Shown: positions 28,801 to 43,117, counted from the stretch's first letter. The stretch: DNA of 64,000 nucleotides from Lingula anatina (GCA_051362555.1 CM120640.1:23670225-23734224), one strand, 5' to 3'. Notes: generated by a model from the letters alone, not told the origin. Numbers and translations are program-made.

Positions 28801-29896
28801 CTTTAAAAATTTGTCAAGGAACAGTTTTAAGAGAAAAATATATTAAAAATTAATGAATGCAACTTGGGAGGGAAAAAAACAACCGAAAAGTCGGCTTCAC
28901 ATAATGATTTGGTATTATTGTAGATTGTGGTATTGAATGGTTCAAGAAATATTTAGAATCATTTTGGTCAGGCTTATAAGTTCAAAACACCAATCAATTC
29001 TGTATTTCAGACTCCTATCAGGCTGAAATGGAATGACATAATTTCTGTCTTCAAAAGATAGCCCATTAAGCAGCACTAAATGGACATACACTTGACATTT
29101 AAGTCCTCATAAATACTGAATTCCTACTGGAAATGGGGCATTATCTGGTCAGTTTTGCAAAGCCAAATTCTTGCAAATGTCAATATTTATGTGGTATTGA
29201 CTGTTATTTAGAAAGAAGATATTATAAGATGGCAGCTACTAGGATTGATTCAGCTGAAGGATAACATGGAGTGGAGAAGATTCTAAGCAAATTGTAGTGT
29301 ACTAACATCATTTCCTCCTTGTTTGACTGATATGATTTCCTATCCATATCTCCTTCCTGTAACCTTCATGAGAAGTTAGACAACCTGTGATAATTGCATT
29401 AGTCTAGGGTTACTGGTATGTAATCCAAAGATGATTCAGAAGGAGAAAAAAATGCTAAAGAAAAAATCATAAGCTGAAATTGATCAACCGTCCTTTCATC
29501 ACTCATATAACCGAGCCCTGGAACCTATTTTCCAGTCCCAGCAGGAGAAGCCTGTGGAGTCACTAAGTGATGTCAGTCACCATATCAATTACAACCATTC
29601 TATTCTCACTGTGGTTCCAGCTCATTAGACACAGATTGACACTAAGTGGAAGATAACTCGGCCCAAAAAAAAGTGTGAACTGGTTTGTGTAGTACTAACT
29701 CCTGGCCTCTCCTCCAACTGGTTTTCATGCAACTTTTCAAGTGCAGAACCATTAGGCTATTCAAAGCAAACATGACCTTTTACACCAGTGTTATGCCCTC
29801 TGTTATATATTGCATGGTTATTCATAGCTGCTGAGGAATGGGTGTTGTTAGAAAGGCAGACTGTTCATAATCCTGTATGACATGCAAAATCATATT

Positions 29897-29898
<2 letters not shown>

Positions 29899-29978
<80 letters not shown>
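29899..29978. repeat. (TA)40 microsatellite
   Basis: Uninterrupted TA run; it explains the YIYI ORFs at 29877 and 29882. Confidence 0.98.
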
Positions 29979-29983
<5 letters not shown>

Positions 29984-32900
29984 CCAATTGCTGAACCAGA
30001 TCTCGTTAACCTTTGTTTTGCATTCAGCACCAACATTACACCCTATGATACCCGCAAAGGTGACTTATGGGGATAGAGCTTGATATATCAGTTATCTACC
30101 TGACATGATGCACATTATTAGAGGAAATGGCAGAAGCTTGTGCAAAGGCTTAAGCTGCATCAAGGTGGGGCCCCAAGGTCTACATCCCACATGGGGCTTT
30201 AAGTCTTACATATGATAAATTCAATGATTTTAGAAGGATTTCAGTCCTGATTCAACACTTGAGGTATAAAGTGTCCAATAAAATACTGCCATAAAACAGC
30301 AATATTATTTCACTAGAGCTTTATTCATATTCAAGAAGTAATCCTACCCTTCAAACAATAACTTAATCAGTTCAAAGGGAGGGACTTATGTGAATATTAA
30401 TATGATAGAGTATGTTTTCTGAACAAAAAAAAATGTGCCTGGGTGATTTTTATGATGACCTGTAAGAACCTCCAGATATAAGATGATGTTATTTGCACAA
30501 GTAATAGAAGTCTTGGTCATATTAATACATTGTCAAGAACAGCATCCGTTGTGTATCGCCAAAAATTGACAATAAAAGTAAGAAAAAAAACATAATATAG
30601 TGACTTTAAACTACTGTGTATCTTAATTGAGATATATCATGAAGGCATGTCAGAATTGCATTGGTTTCATGTACAGCAACCCAGTGGTGTCCTTACTGCC
30701 TGGTACACAGCATGTTCTTAATTCACACTTTACCCTGGCAATTTGTACCTGACAGAATATAATATCCTGCTATCTGTGCTGACGGAATGATATTGCCAGG
30801 TATGAATTATATGACTAATACTGCTTTGTTGGTGTAACAGTTGGAAGTCATGCATGCATACAGCAATGTTGTAAATTACAATAAAGCATGCTAAATGTAA
30901 CACACAAGTAGTTGTTTAAAGGTTCATTTTCTAGTGTCCATCAAGTGAGCATACAAATGGTTGTCATGATGGTCAGAATCTAATTTAGTTCTGAAACGTG
31001 TCCAAGACTGAACCTTTATTAACAGCAGAGGGGACATAATTTTTTTTTCACATTCTGTTGTCTTCATAAAACATAGACAGGAAGTCCCCTTGAAGCAGCT
31101 TAGTTTATTTGATAGTCACCTTGCCTTTGATGTTTTTACCTCTCACCTGAACCAGGGCAGAAGTCAAGTTATTGGATAGTAAAAGTAGCCTTGCGGCAGT
31201 GTTGTCCCCTCACACCTCTAACAAGAATAAAGTGTATGTTAGAGCTAATTATTTGTATGTAGTTCTCTTGTGCATACTGCTGGGACCCTTGAACTAATTA
31301 GGCCATTGATTCTGGTGTAATACTACAGTGAAGGCTTTACTCTTGATGTAGTCGTGCAATTTTTTATTTATGGCTTTTGAGCATGCCACGATTCCAGTAG
31401 TGTCTTCCTGAAAAGGCTTAAAAATGATAGATGCTTTTGAAATAACTAGATTCCAATGTGTTGGACTTCCTTGTATAAAGTGAAGGTATAAATGTCTTTC
31501 TGAGGTAATATCTCTTACATGAAAACAAAATGTGGTTGAATGAACACAGCTGAACATGTGGCACCCGTATTCTTGTCAAATCCGAGGAAGATGATGTAAA
31601 TGATATCTTTTCTATCCTCAAGCTCAAATCTAGCTGGCGAATAAAAATTGGATTATTCATCTGTCAAATTGCTGCCATTTTCATGCATGGAGGTTATGGG
31701 GTCTGGGGTGATTGAATTAGCCTGGGATCAATACACCTCCTGGGATTTTCAGATGCATTCTTATAAAAAAAAGAAAGGAACATGTGCAAAGAATTGCAAC
31801 ATTTATTGAATTGTTTTAACGTAAAAGGCTATGTGGTTTGGGGAGGGGGGGGGGGGAGAGATAGAAGATGTGCTTTAACTTGCATGGTGTTAAGTACGGA
31901 TAATGGTCCATGGAGAAAAAAAGAGATCAGTAAGCTTTGAAAATTGATCAAGAAAAAAAAATGAACCTGAAGATGGATGGGATGAATAGCAAGTTTGGAT
32001 ATTTTAGGAGGGGAGGGGGAGGGGGGAAAAAATTAAATTGTTACTTTTCCCATTAGACCTGGCATCCTTCACTGAAAACCTTACAAAGAGACTTATTATG
32101 TTTTAAGCATAGCATATTACATGAAATGTATGCCTGTGTTCCTTCTGTGGTTTTTGGATCATTGAACTTTTCCACACACAAGATACTTCTTTGAATTCTG
32201 TCCCTTAATTTGGTTTGTGAGTGCTCATAAAATACAATTGAATTAGTGTTACATATTGAGTATCACAAGGCACCATAAAACAACAGCGAAAAAAATCCGG
32301 AAAGTGCTGGATTGATTGATCTGCCCTTGCCCCCTATAATTGGGATCCAGTCTTTGTAAAGTCTATCTGCTTTTATATCATCAATTGCTGATCAATGAGG
32401 TGTTGAGGTAGTAGCCTATAAAGAGAATATTGCTGTTATCACAGCTCAGTGCTTTCCAATACTGTAATGTTAGTATTGGAATAGTTTGGGTCAGGGTATA
32501 GTATGACTTGTTTGATGTGGTATTTTCCACATGCATACCACAAACAACAGTTTGAAAAACTTGACTGGAGACAGTTTTTGTTTGTTGGACAACCTTCTGT
32601 GACAATTGAATGAATGTGCCATTCCGTTATGTGCATGATCAAAATCAACCGCAGAATGCAGATACAGTTACTTCTTATACTTACAGCATTCATCAAAGAA
32701 AGAATTGGTTTTTGGGATGATTATTACTCCGTTCTGGGGGTCGTGAACACCATCACTCCCCAATAATTATGTGCACCTAAAGTGGTGTCAAATATAAAGT
32801 CCAGGGATGGTTTAAAGTTCATCATTTACATATATGTTTGTAATTCCAGACATAAACTAGCCAACCATATCAGTTTATTTTTATAGTTTATTTAGCTTAG

Positions 32901-35900
32901 CCAGATAAACCAGGGTTTCATTTGTTTTGACCTAAGTAATAAGAGAAGAGGCTAGTAGTCTAACCCTACCCACTTCACATTATATACATATTGTCAACAG
33001 ATATCCTATAACTATGTATTTTTACAGAAAGCATACAATAGTATATTTTTCCATCAGATTTCTATGAAGAATATGCCCTTTGTTGTCTGATGTGATTGCA
33101 ACTAGAAGCTCTGTGCCACAGGGGGGTTGTGTATGCAGAAGCCAGATGTGTTGACCACTTTTCTTTTTCATTTCAAGAAAATGCCATTTGTTCCAAAACT
33201 AAATGAAATTGTTAACATTGTTATCCTAGCCAAGGCACGTATGTCAGTCTCCCACATCAGTACCATGTTGCCTGTAATTGGAGTGGAAAGGGGAAACAGT
33301 TTTTCGATCTGTTGTTGAAACAGTAACATAAGTTTTTTTATCTATTCAGGGCTTAACATAGTGTCCAATATCATGGGATTTTGTATGCTCAAAATTCATA
33401 CTAAATCTACTCTTTGGAAGCCGAACTAACAGTACCAAATTGAAATAAAAGATAAATTTTCACACAAAAACTAGCAAACCAAAAAAAAAAAAAAATTATA
33501 TTGCAATATGTTGCATATAGTGCATTTTTTATCAAAAAGCTTGGCGAGACAGATGTTAGTGGAATTGAACATTAGCCCGGAGGATAAAAAGAAACGAGAG
33601 TGAAAAATCAACATTTATCACCATTTACCACTCATGAAATCAAATCAATGATACATATTGTTCTCTATATGTACACACTTCAAAGTATTACCACATTTCT
33701 TCTGTTACCTTACAACAGTAGTACTAGCATAGTCTGTAGAACTAAGTAGATTCTTAGTAACACCTTCTGTTCTTTTTAATAGTGCTTGTCTTTGCTAGTC
33801 AATATGTTTATAAAGCTCTTCGACAGATGGTTGGAGGTGATATATGCACTTGGAAAACAAGCTCTTATGGATTATATTTGTTTAGAATGGTAGTGGATTT
33901 CTGGTGTAGTTAAAATGGGATGTGGGCCCCAGTCTTACAAGTGATTTCAAGGGGGATAATTGATTAAAAAATTGATGGGAGAAATATGCACTAGAAGCCC
34001 TCATTGTTCATACACATGCGTAAACTAACGATATTAAAAATACCAACCAAATATCAGTACCTAGTATCTTTTGGGAAAACATTTTGTATATAGTTTGTTG
34101 AGCACTGTGCTGCAACATCTGCCGCAACTGAGTAGGTTCTGAGAAGTACTTGGTACGAGACTTAGTCAGCGAAGCCTGTGGTAGAAACCCTCTTCACAGA
34201 CAAAGACAGGACTCCCAAGAGGGGATACTTGTCCCACTGAAATTGAAATGATAGTGATGACTTTCATTAAAAATAAGCAATAATAACTCGGTTCATATTG
34301 TTAATGAACTGAATCACCCGGATAGCCATGGGTCACATGTTATGTGGAACATTGTGCAACTAACATATGGGTCTGAGTGAAAATGACCTTATCAATAGAG
34401 CCGTGGTTAATTAATCCCTTGTCAGCAATACTGAATGCTGCAAAGTCACCAGAGAAATCATAGGATTCAACAAAGCGAGGAGAAAAATAAGTTTGTAATT
34501 TGAGCATAGGGGATAGGTTGACTTTTTGTTGGTTTGCAAAAAAAAAAGTAATATCTTGATTAGGTATGAATTTTGCTATCGATCGTGCACGGGTTTCTAT
34601 CAGTAAATGAGCAAGGGATAGTGTGATACTGTGGCATTGAGCACACTTAAAGCGCTGCGCCACTCAACTTATCTTTGACATGATGAATTAGACCTTTAAT
34701 AATACCTACATAGATTTATAATACTGTGCCAGTGGGACATTTTTTTATGATTGAAAGAAAATAAATTTTTCCTTCACCCACCCATAAGTATATTTTTTAC
34801 CTTTTATCCAAACGAGTGTCTTTCTACTTCAATTGGTTACTCATCAATTTCCAAAAAGTAATATCAGGGTAAGCAATTGGTTGAGGAATATATCTTTTGT
34901 AGTTTCACATCTGAAATCAAACACAACATCTTTTCCACTCTTTGCCTCTAATATTCAGGACATCCTTTTGATTGGAAGCCAAAAACATATCAGCCACCGA
35001 ACATCTGTGCATTGAGACTTTCACTTACTTTTTTGCAAAGATCATTTTTGCAATTGGTAGCAAAATTAATTTTGTATGTAATAGTGCTAGTCACAGGTCT
35101 TTCTCAGTGGGCATGTTCTAGGTATATACATATTGGGAGTTCATGACAAAAATTGACTTTGTCTCTTGCTCGTGAGCGAGTCTTTATCATTTGCGACTTC
35201 CTGCTGGAAACTTAATCAGTCTGAAAGATGATCATCACATCGCAATTGGCATATTGCATGCAAGCAGTAATGTGTATTAGATGTTGATGCCAGCAGTAAA
35301 CCCCTCAAACACTAGAAATAGTTGTTGAGAGGAAAAATTCATTCATTCATTAGGTGCATTTAAATGTTAAAGATAATGTTTGTTTTTGAATCATGCTGTG
35401 GAGAAAATACAAGGTAATGAAGATGTGTCAGTTTTGCTGCCAGACTAGGTTTTAGATAAAATACCTTATAAATCAAAACACTCCCCCTTATATTTCAACT
35501 GTCTGGGTTTAAAATTGAAAAGAGTTTGTTATTTGTCATTTTCCATTCAGGGAGGGTTTTATTGTCCTTTGTTTGTGGGAGAATTTCTCAAACAAAGCCA
35601 TTCTGTACAACCCGGGAGGGCGGGCCTGGAGGATAGACAGCACACTGGGTAAATTTGAACAGACTCAGCCAATTAATATTGCAATAGTCTCTGCTGTGGG
35701 AAATCCTGTATAATACATAATTGAATTATTTTCTTCATAATGCACTAACAATAGAAACTGCCTGGTCTGCATTTGAACTGCTCTTCAAGATGATATAACA
35801 TTTGCTTGAGAAGAAGGCTTTTGTTTTTCCAAAGACATCTGAAATGTCAAAGGATGGTTTATACTGCTTACGGTTTTTGTTAAATCTGACGTGAAGGAGG

Positions 35901-37220
35901 CACCTTAAAGAATGCTTTTTCCATGGATCAATTGAAGTTTTTTCATAGTGCATAAAAAAAGCATTCAGTTAAATTTAATCTTGTAAATCTGTAGAGTATT
36001 GTTGCAGTTTTTTTTTTAAATGATATCAGGATTTACTTCAGAAATAAACAGAGGATCGGTGCCAACTTGGAAAAACCAATGAATGCATGATGTGTGTCAC
36101 TTGAGAGAATGAGGGATCTTATGTGGGTGTGTGATCTGCATTCTTAACAACATTGCATTCAATCAATCTAACTTTTCATTGCTTTCATCTTAGACTTTGC
36201 ACATATACTACTAATGTATCTTGGGCATTTTTCAGAGTATCCCTTATAGGCATTGCTGACAACTTGCTAAAGTGTGTGTGTGGTTTTATAAAGATTCTTG
36301 CAGACTTGTGCCTCCCAACATAACAACAGAACATCCCAGCTCTGCTCCTCACTAGATGCTTGGGATGTTCTATTGTTGTATCTTGGCTGAACTTGGCATG
36401 ACAGACTGCAAATTGAATTAAACTATTTCTCACTTAGCACTAACTAACCAAATACATTGCATTAATTACGCACAGGTGCAAATACCTCTACCCTGGAGTT
36501 CCGATTTGTCAACTATGTAACACGTAAGTAGCAGGTAGATGCATGGTGCTTGAGCAGGTATGACCAGTTACACCACAAAGGCAAAAAGAATTTCATAATT
36601 AGAACAAAGTAAACTTCTCCCACTTCAAAGTCAACTACCTCTTACATAGGCATACATGTATGTGCAGATATGTGGTTCTGCAGCTAGCAACTCGCAATAT
36701 TTTTGCAGAATTATAAGGAAAAAGTAATAAATACTGCCAGAAACAAAGGTAGGATCCATTTTCCTACATATGAAGTCCATTTTTCTGAAATATTCTAGCT
36801 TTGGGTTTTGCTAAGTTAGTTAAGCCTTTACGTCATACAGTCTGATTTGCAGACAAACAAAACTGTTGGAGTGATATGTAATTTTATCAGGAAAACTTGG
36901 CACAATAAAACGTACCAGTTGCCTAGGATTTACTCATTAGGTGGTTATTCTAAAGCAGTGGTTACCACAACAGGACTGCAAAATAAAGAGAACCTTTTTA
37001 GTTAGCACCTTCAAAGGATCATGTCGTCTCACTTTTCACTTCAAATTGGTAAAAGTTGGGTGGGAGACCCCTGTACCTCTTCTCACACAACGATAATGAG
37101 TTCAGGATGTGTTTGAAGTCTGCTAGGCATGCTTAAAAAACTCATTTCTACAAAAGAATTGAAATCAGATCTGTTGTTTTAATACCCAGGTCAAAACGTC
37201 CAGCATCTTTAATATGCAAG

Positions 37221-37258
37221 TTTTTTTCCTTTTGCATTTCCATCTGTGTTAGGTAAGT
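37221..37258 (+). other. Recursive-splice-like site
   Basis: tttttttccttttgcatttccatctgtgttAG|GTAAGT: 30-nt AG-free pyrimidine tract followed by a consensus donor. Confidence 0.35.
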
Positions 37259-37917
37259 TCTTGAAAGCCAGACTGAAAAAATGAACATTTAAAGCTGGCA
37301 TGTACGAGTTAAACAAATTTGGAGCTCACTTTAAATGTTCTCAGCATAAAACCTAGGTTATTAACATATTTGCAACACACACCATGCGGAAAATATTTTT
37401 TTGCCTTTGTGATGTAGTTGGCATACACTACTAACAGCACTGTGTGATAAAAGATCATGTCAAAGAAAAGATAAAGATGTATTAACTTTCAATACAATCA
37501 AAGTCAATGTTGAAGATTTTTGTTTAGTTCTGAAGTTGCCACAAGAAACTGTTGCCTGTTATGCAATGAAAGAAAGCATTTCTTAGAGAGGTGTTGTCTG
37601 TTCTGCAAAGTCACAATGGTGGCAGCGGTGGGATCAATCTCAAATACAACTTTGCAGTCGTAGATAAACCCTAAGTCTAACATTTATGGCAGCAGTTTTT
37701 TGTGGCAGTTTTTGAAACTTGGCAAAAATCATCTGCCGTGATTTTGTTGTGTTTAAAGTGATGTGAAGTTTGACATGATTCTTTTTGCTTTGTTTCCCCC
37801 TTCTGGTTTGGACTGTTAGTGCTTTTATTACCTTTGCCCTCTTAACTTCTATAACTAGGGTGGGGGTAAAGACATCAAAGAAAGATGAATAATTTTCCAT
37901 TCTTACTCTTTTTTCAG

Positions 37918-38217
37918 ATGAACCCTCAATAATCCAATCTCCACAAAGCAAGAAGGCTCCAAATGGAGGTATTGTGAGCTTCTTCTGCAAGGCAAGTGGG
38001 AACCCCGCACCAGATATAAAATGGCAGAAAAATGGAAACGATTTGGGTACCTCAAAGCAACGCTACCTGGTGTTTGATATGCCATTTGGGTCCGTCTTGA
38101 GGATAGAGCCAGTGAGACAGAGAAGAGATGATGCTATGTTCACATGCACGGCCACCAATGGGGTGGGAGAGGCAGCCTCTGCTCAAGCACAGTTGACGGT
38201 ATATCCCAATGATATGG
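37918..38217 (+). CDS. Lar: Lar exon: Ig-like domain 1 (EPSIIQSPQ...SFFCKASGNPAPDIKWQKNG...SVLRIEPVRQRRDDAMFTCTATNGVGE...LTVYP)
   Basis: ttcttactcttttttcag acceptor, G|GTATGT donor, 300 nt, phase 1-1; I-set Ig Cys/Trp pattern and LAR-typical SFxCxAxGxPxP and SVLRIEP motifs. Confidence 0.95.
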
Positions 38218-38997
38218 GTATGTCATTCAATTATTAGATGTCAAGATTAAAAAGCTGATGGTGCTAATTTGTACTTTATTGCTACTCATTCATTTCCTAT
38301 GTGGTTGTCAATTTCCCATGATAAGATATCGGGATTGGTATTAGATATCTGATGGCGTGAGTGAATTAGCAGGCAAAAAGCATGATCTGCCACTGAAATG
38401 GTCCTATATCACATAAAGCCACAGTCCACAGTAAAGTTCCCAATTAAGACATCATATTCGTATGGCAAGCTGAATATCAGCCTGTCTAAGTGCCAAAAGT
38501 TCAGAGATCTGTAGCATTTTCAAAAGAAAGTTTTTCTAGTTCCATCTTTTTGCCCAAGGCATAACAGCTGTCATAGTAAGTGATGTTGACATCTGGGAAG
38601 AAAGTTTCTTCTGTCTGTTCTGTTTGCTTATCATATCTTCAGTGGGGAAACACGTCCATTCCTTTACTTTCTTTATTTCAGCATCATGCCCGCTATTCAG
38701 TCCTTTTGCTCTACTGTCAGTACTACTAAACAAGAGGAAGAGCAATAACATATTATATTAAGATGTAAGCTTTTCAAACAGACACAGAGTGTGTGTAAAT
38801 TGATAGAAGTACGAGAATAAGTTGATATTTCCTCTGCTGCATCTATTCATCATTCATCATCCCGTGCATTGTGGATTCGTTTCCTGTCATTTGTGCCGAG
38901 GATAGATAGATAAAGTTAATCTTTTATCTCTATATTGGCCAGCCAGTTCATTGGCGTGTGGAGGACATGTCACCTTTCAAATTTCATTATTAAAATC

Positions 38998-39061
38998 ATG
39001 TTGAAATACTGCATCACATATTTGCTTTATTTTATTATGTCATCCTACAACTGCTCTATTG
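38998..39061 (+). CDS. Lar: Candidate Lar alternative leader exon B: signal-peptide-like MLKYCITYLLYFIMSSYNCSI, phase 1 to the Ig2 exon
   Basis: AAAATCATG start; basic residue then hydrophobic core then small polar residues; 21 codons + G, then strong TTG|GTAAGC donor; in frame with the Ig2 exon (G+AG = Glu). Caveat: T-rich DNA readily encodes hydrophobic peptides. Confidence 0.5.
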
Positions 39062-42000
39062 GTAAGCGTTCTCTGCTCTTGATAATCATTTCCCACAAGA
39101 TATCTAATTATACACACCTACCGACAAATTTTAATGTAATTTGTTGTGTACTATGGATGAGAACTTGCCCATAATTTAATTTACCTCATATGTTATTTAT
39201 GAGAAAGTATGAAATAGCTCAGGTTTTCTTCCTGGTCTGTAATACATGAGTTTTGAAGTTTTGTCTGATCATGCATGAGTGTATTACAAACAAGTTACCA
39301 GTTTTTGCACCAAACCTAGAGCAGACAGAAAGGCTATGGGAATTAATGTTTTATCTTCTTAACATAGCCATCCTTCTCTTCTCTTATCACCTCCCATACT
39401 CTCCCTGTTTTATATTTTTCTATAAAAATGAAGAAAATATACATTTATAGGACTAATCGCTGAAGTTGTGGGATGTTTGAGGGACAAGAAATAGTCATTG
39501 AGGTCTTACGTTTCTCTGGGACTTCAAGAGGAGATTGTCTGATGGATGGGGCGGGGTGTGTCAGCATTAACATTTTTATACTCATTCACATTGGTGTGCC
39601 CTTTACTCCGGATCATTGGATGTCTTCTAGAATGAATAGGGATCTTTTTACTTATTGTGTAGAAAAAATATATGCTACCCTCTTATCCTTTTATGTACAG
39701 GCTAACTTGGAGTGGGTTTTCCAAGGTGGTCATAGAATGTCTGTCCTCACAAGCTGTCATCTCATAACAATTGTATTGGCACCGGGTGCTGAGTTATGAT
39801 AGAGTACCTGGGCTTTCTTTCTCTGTTGGTAAACCTTTTTGGCCCAAGTTATATTCAGTTTCTAAAACATTTAGTTCCGCATGGTAATTGTATCTGGATT
39901 TTATTTTAGTAAGGCTAACAGAGATTAATGCAGCATGGCCTGCAAGGTTTGCTATCCAGTGTGTTTCTAAGCATAGGGACCTGTAGGTTGAGTTATGATA
40001 TGTCACTGACAGACCAGAACACAAGGGAAACCACTTTACTGGTATATAGGATACTGCAGTTTTGTTAGAGAGATAATGTTTTGCATTCTCATGTTTTTTT
40101 TTTCTTCTTTCTTTCAATTTTGAATTGAAGCATGGGCCTGTGCAGTGTTGTGGGATTTCCTTTGCACAAAGGCTCATAATGCGTGGAGGAAATTGTCCCA
40201 TCTGGAACTTAGATTTTATTGAATTGTTTCTTTAATTATCAAAAGTAGAAAAGCAGCCAGTGTTCTTTTTCTAACTGGAGTGCACTAACTGAGGTCTAGA
40301 GTGCAAGTCTGTAACCATCTACAATTTCATGTGTAACAGACCCCTAATGTGTATGAAATGCAATATTTGGTCATTTTCTTTTTTTGAATTTGATATGTCT
40401 TCAAAGGATCCAGAGTTTTTTCTTTCTTTAATTTTAACTATAACCATTTTTCAAAGTTGATCATTTTCAATGCCGTGGTGTTTTAAAGGAACAAATTATT
40501 GTTGCTAAATAAGACTTTGAAAGCTATTTCTTATCAATTTTTTTATCAATTTACCTTATCACTTTCCCTATCACTTTCCTCTCCCTCAATGCCGTCTTCA
40601 TCTGATTCAATCTTTCACATAACTTGCTTTATTGTGATTTTTAAAAAATGCCTCCAAAATTTTCTGTGTATTTCTTGTCTCACTTCAGTATGGTTAAATA
40701 TCTGATTTATAGAATCTTGCTAATATTTAAGTGTGCTTTAAGTGATTTTCATCTGCCCAGGAATTGAGCAGTGGCCTTTTATCTAAGTGGCTACACAGCT
40801 GAAGCACAGTGTGGCCTTTTCCTCTCAGTCTCCACATGTGAAAGTGCATCGTCTCTTTAAGTGGTTGTAAACTGCCCAAAAAACATACTATGGCCTTTAT
40901 ACTTTTTAACCTCTACAGCTTATCATCTCCTTAACCTTTATGTCAAAATAGTTCTTTAGAAGTGGCACTTTTAGCCAAAATTTGCCTGGAGGGCTGCTTT
41001 TTTATCCCCCTGTCAGAAGTGGCGGATAGTTTAGCTCAGATGTAATACTCTTTAATGTGCAAAAGGCATTGTGCTCATTTGTGGCATGCAAGCACGCCTG
41101 TACGTCTGATCAAGATGGATTCTTGATGTATTACATTAATGAAACATTTTGCATTAACACTAATGTTTTTAACAACCTCTTATCTTGAGTAGTGGTTTTC
41201 TTGTCATCAAATAAATGACAAGTATAAAATTGACCTTGTTAAACCGACTTTGCCAAAATGTTGGCTAAAAGCAATAGTGCCTCCTCCCTTTCCACTTAAT
41301 TTGAAACCAAGTGACCACACCAGTTCTTTTTGTTATGTGGGTGCATACTGTTTATTTGACATCTTTTGCAGTTTGTCTCTATAAAAAAAGAAAAAGAAAA
41401 GAAAACAGTGGTGTTAGTGACAGTGCTGCTTTCAGGTTCAGATGAGGTCACCATAGTGCATATTGTGTTTAGATATTTGTTAATCATTCATAACATGGAC
41501 AGGGATTGGTGTGACTAAAGTTGAGATGGGCTATAGAAAGGCACTAAGTCTTTCTACTTTCATAGTGCATAGTATGGAAAGAAATAACATTTCCAAGTGT
41601 ACATACTTGTATCGATAATAAGTTTATTTGAATTCCAATAACTTGGGGGAATATGCCAGAGTCTCTCAGTTAAGTATTTCTGAAGGCACCCTCTTGTTTT
41701 GGGGCCTATCTCCAAAACAAACACTCCAGCCTTGTATTGGACCTGCCAGCCTTCATTAGTATTGGGGTGAGAACTTAAAAAACCTTTTCATGCATTTGTT
41801 TTTGCTGTCTGTCACTTTGTTATCACCAAGACTAGGACTAGAAATTTAAGTAATTGTTTTGGGTCTGCTTCTCAAGTCTCTTAGGTGATTTTCACAGAAG
41901 GAAACTTTGAAAAAAATGAATTTAAATGGATAAAAGACAGATTTGCGTGGTATTGATGACATTTTTGGGCTCACAAAGCCCTGATATCTTGTGGTGCCAA

Positions 42001-43117
42001 AGACTGGGCAATTTTATCTTTTTATTGACAGTAATAATTTAAGATAAACAAAAGAATGAAGATAACTTGCCAGGTTTAAGTGAAAAAGAAATAAGCAACT
42101 TCTATATCTGCCACCACAAGTGCCCCTCTATTATGTTATAGTTACAGTTGGATCTATTTTTGGTTTTCCTTCTTTTTGCAAGGCAAATGTGATTATGTTC
42201 TCTCTGCTGTACAGTTGGGGAAATGTAATTACTCATTTCCCTGTAAGATTTAAGTAATGCTTTAACAATGTGTGTGAATTTTTTTTTCACTTGTATTTTA
42301 GGATCTGCATCTCATTTTCACATCATTGAGACGCTGGATTTTTCTTTCTCACCAAACAGACTTAATTCAATTTGAATTCCAAATAAAATAAGGTTGGAGT
42401 GTTAGGTCTTAGGTCAAGCCGTATTTTTATTTTTAACTGACAAGTGCAACTTGCGCCTGTTTCGCATTTATGTCCAGATGTATTGTAATGTTTTGATGTT
42501 ACAGCCAAAGCCACATGGAGTTCCACTTAAAGCTACATCCATTTTTTTTTTTTTTTTTTTTTTTTTTGTCTCTGGGACTGACTGATCGGCCCTCCCTTAA
42601 AACATCTTGGCATGAGAGTTGGTGTATTTGCAGTCCGAGTCCTCTAAGGGTCACTTCATTGATGATCCTATCTCCCTATATCAACAACTGGCCCTGCTGC
42701 TACCAATTTCATCTTATTTGGCTTCACTGCTTATCCGTGCCATTGTGGGTTTCCATTTGGACACTGTTGCTACCTTGTGGGCTGCTCTCTAAAAAGATAC
42801 ACATTTCTGCCACCCAGGTTTAGCAAAGATTAGTTTTCTTTCCGATACTATCTAAATATGTTTCTGTTTTGCAAAAATATGTTCTTTACACTGATTCTAA
42901 CTAGGGAGACCACACACTGAACATTGAAATGGTACTGAGCTTGATATTGTTTTTGATTAAAATGGTGATATATAATTAGAATCTAATAAAAGAATAAGTT
43001 TTAGATGCTTATCAGTTTACTATGAACTTTCAGAATTTAAAATCTCACTCCCAAAAGCTGGTTTAAACAAAATATTAAATTTTTTTTCTGATAGAATTTT
43101 CAGATATGCAGAATTGT

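Noticed and set aside
29877-30083. YIYIYI ORFs
   Set aside because: Translation of the TA microsatellite.
33540-34830. CpG-containing patches suggestive of transposon remnants
   Set aside because: No TIR, target-site duplication or coding signature I could define.
40768-41025. Recurring (a/g)tggcc(t)ttt and gaagtggc words
   Set aside because: Too degenerate and irregularly spaced to call an array or element.
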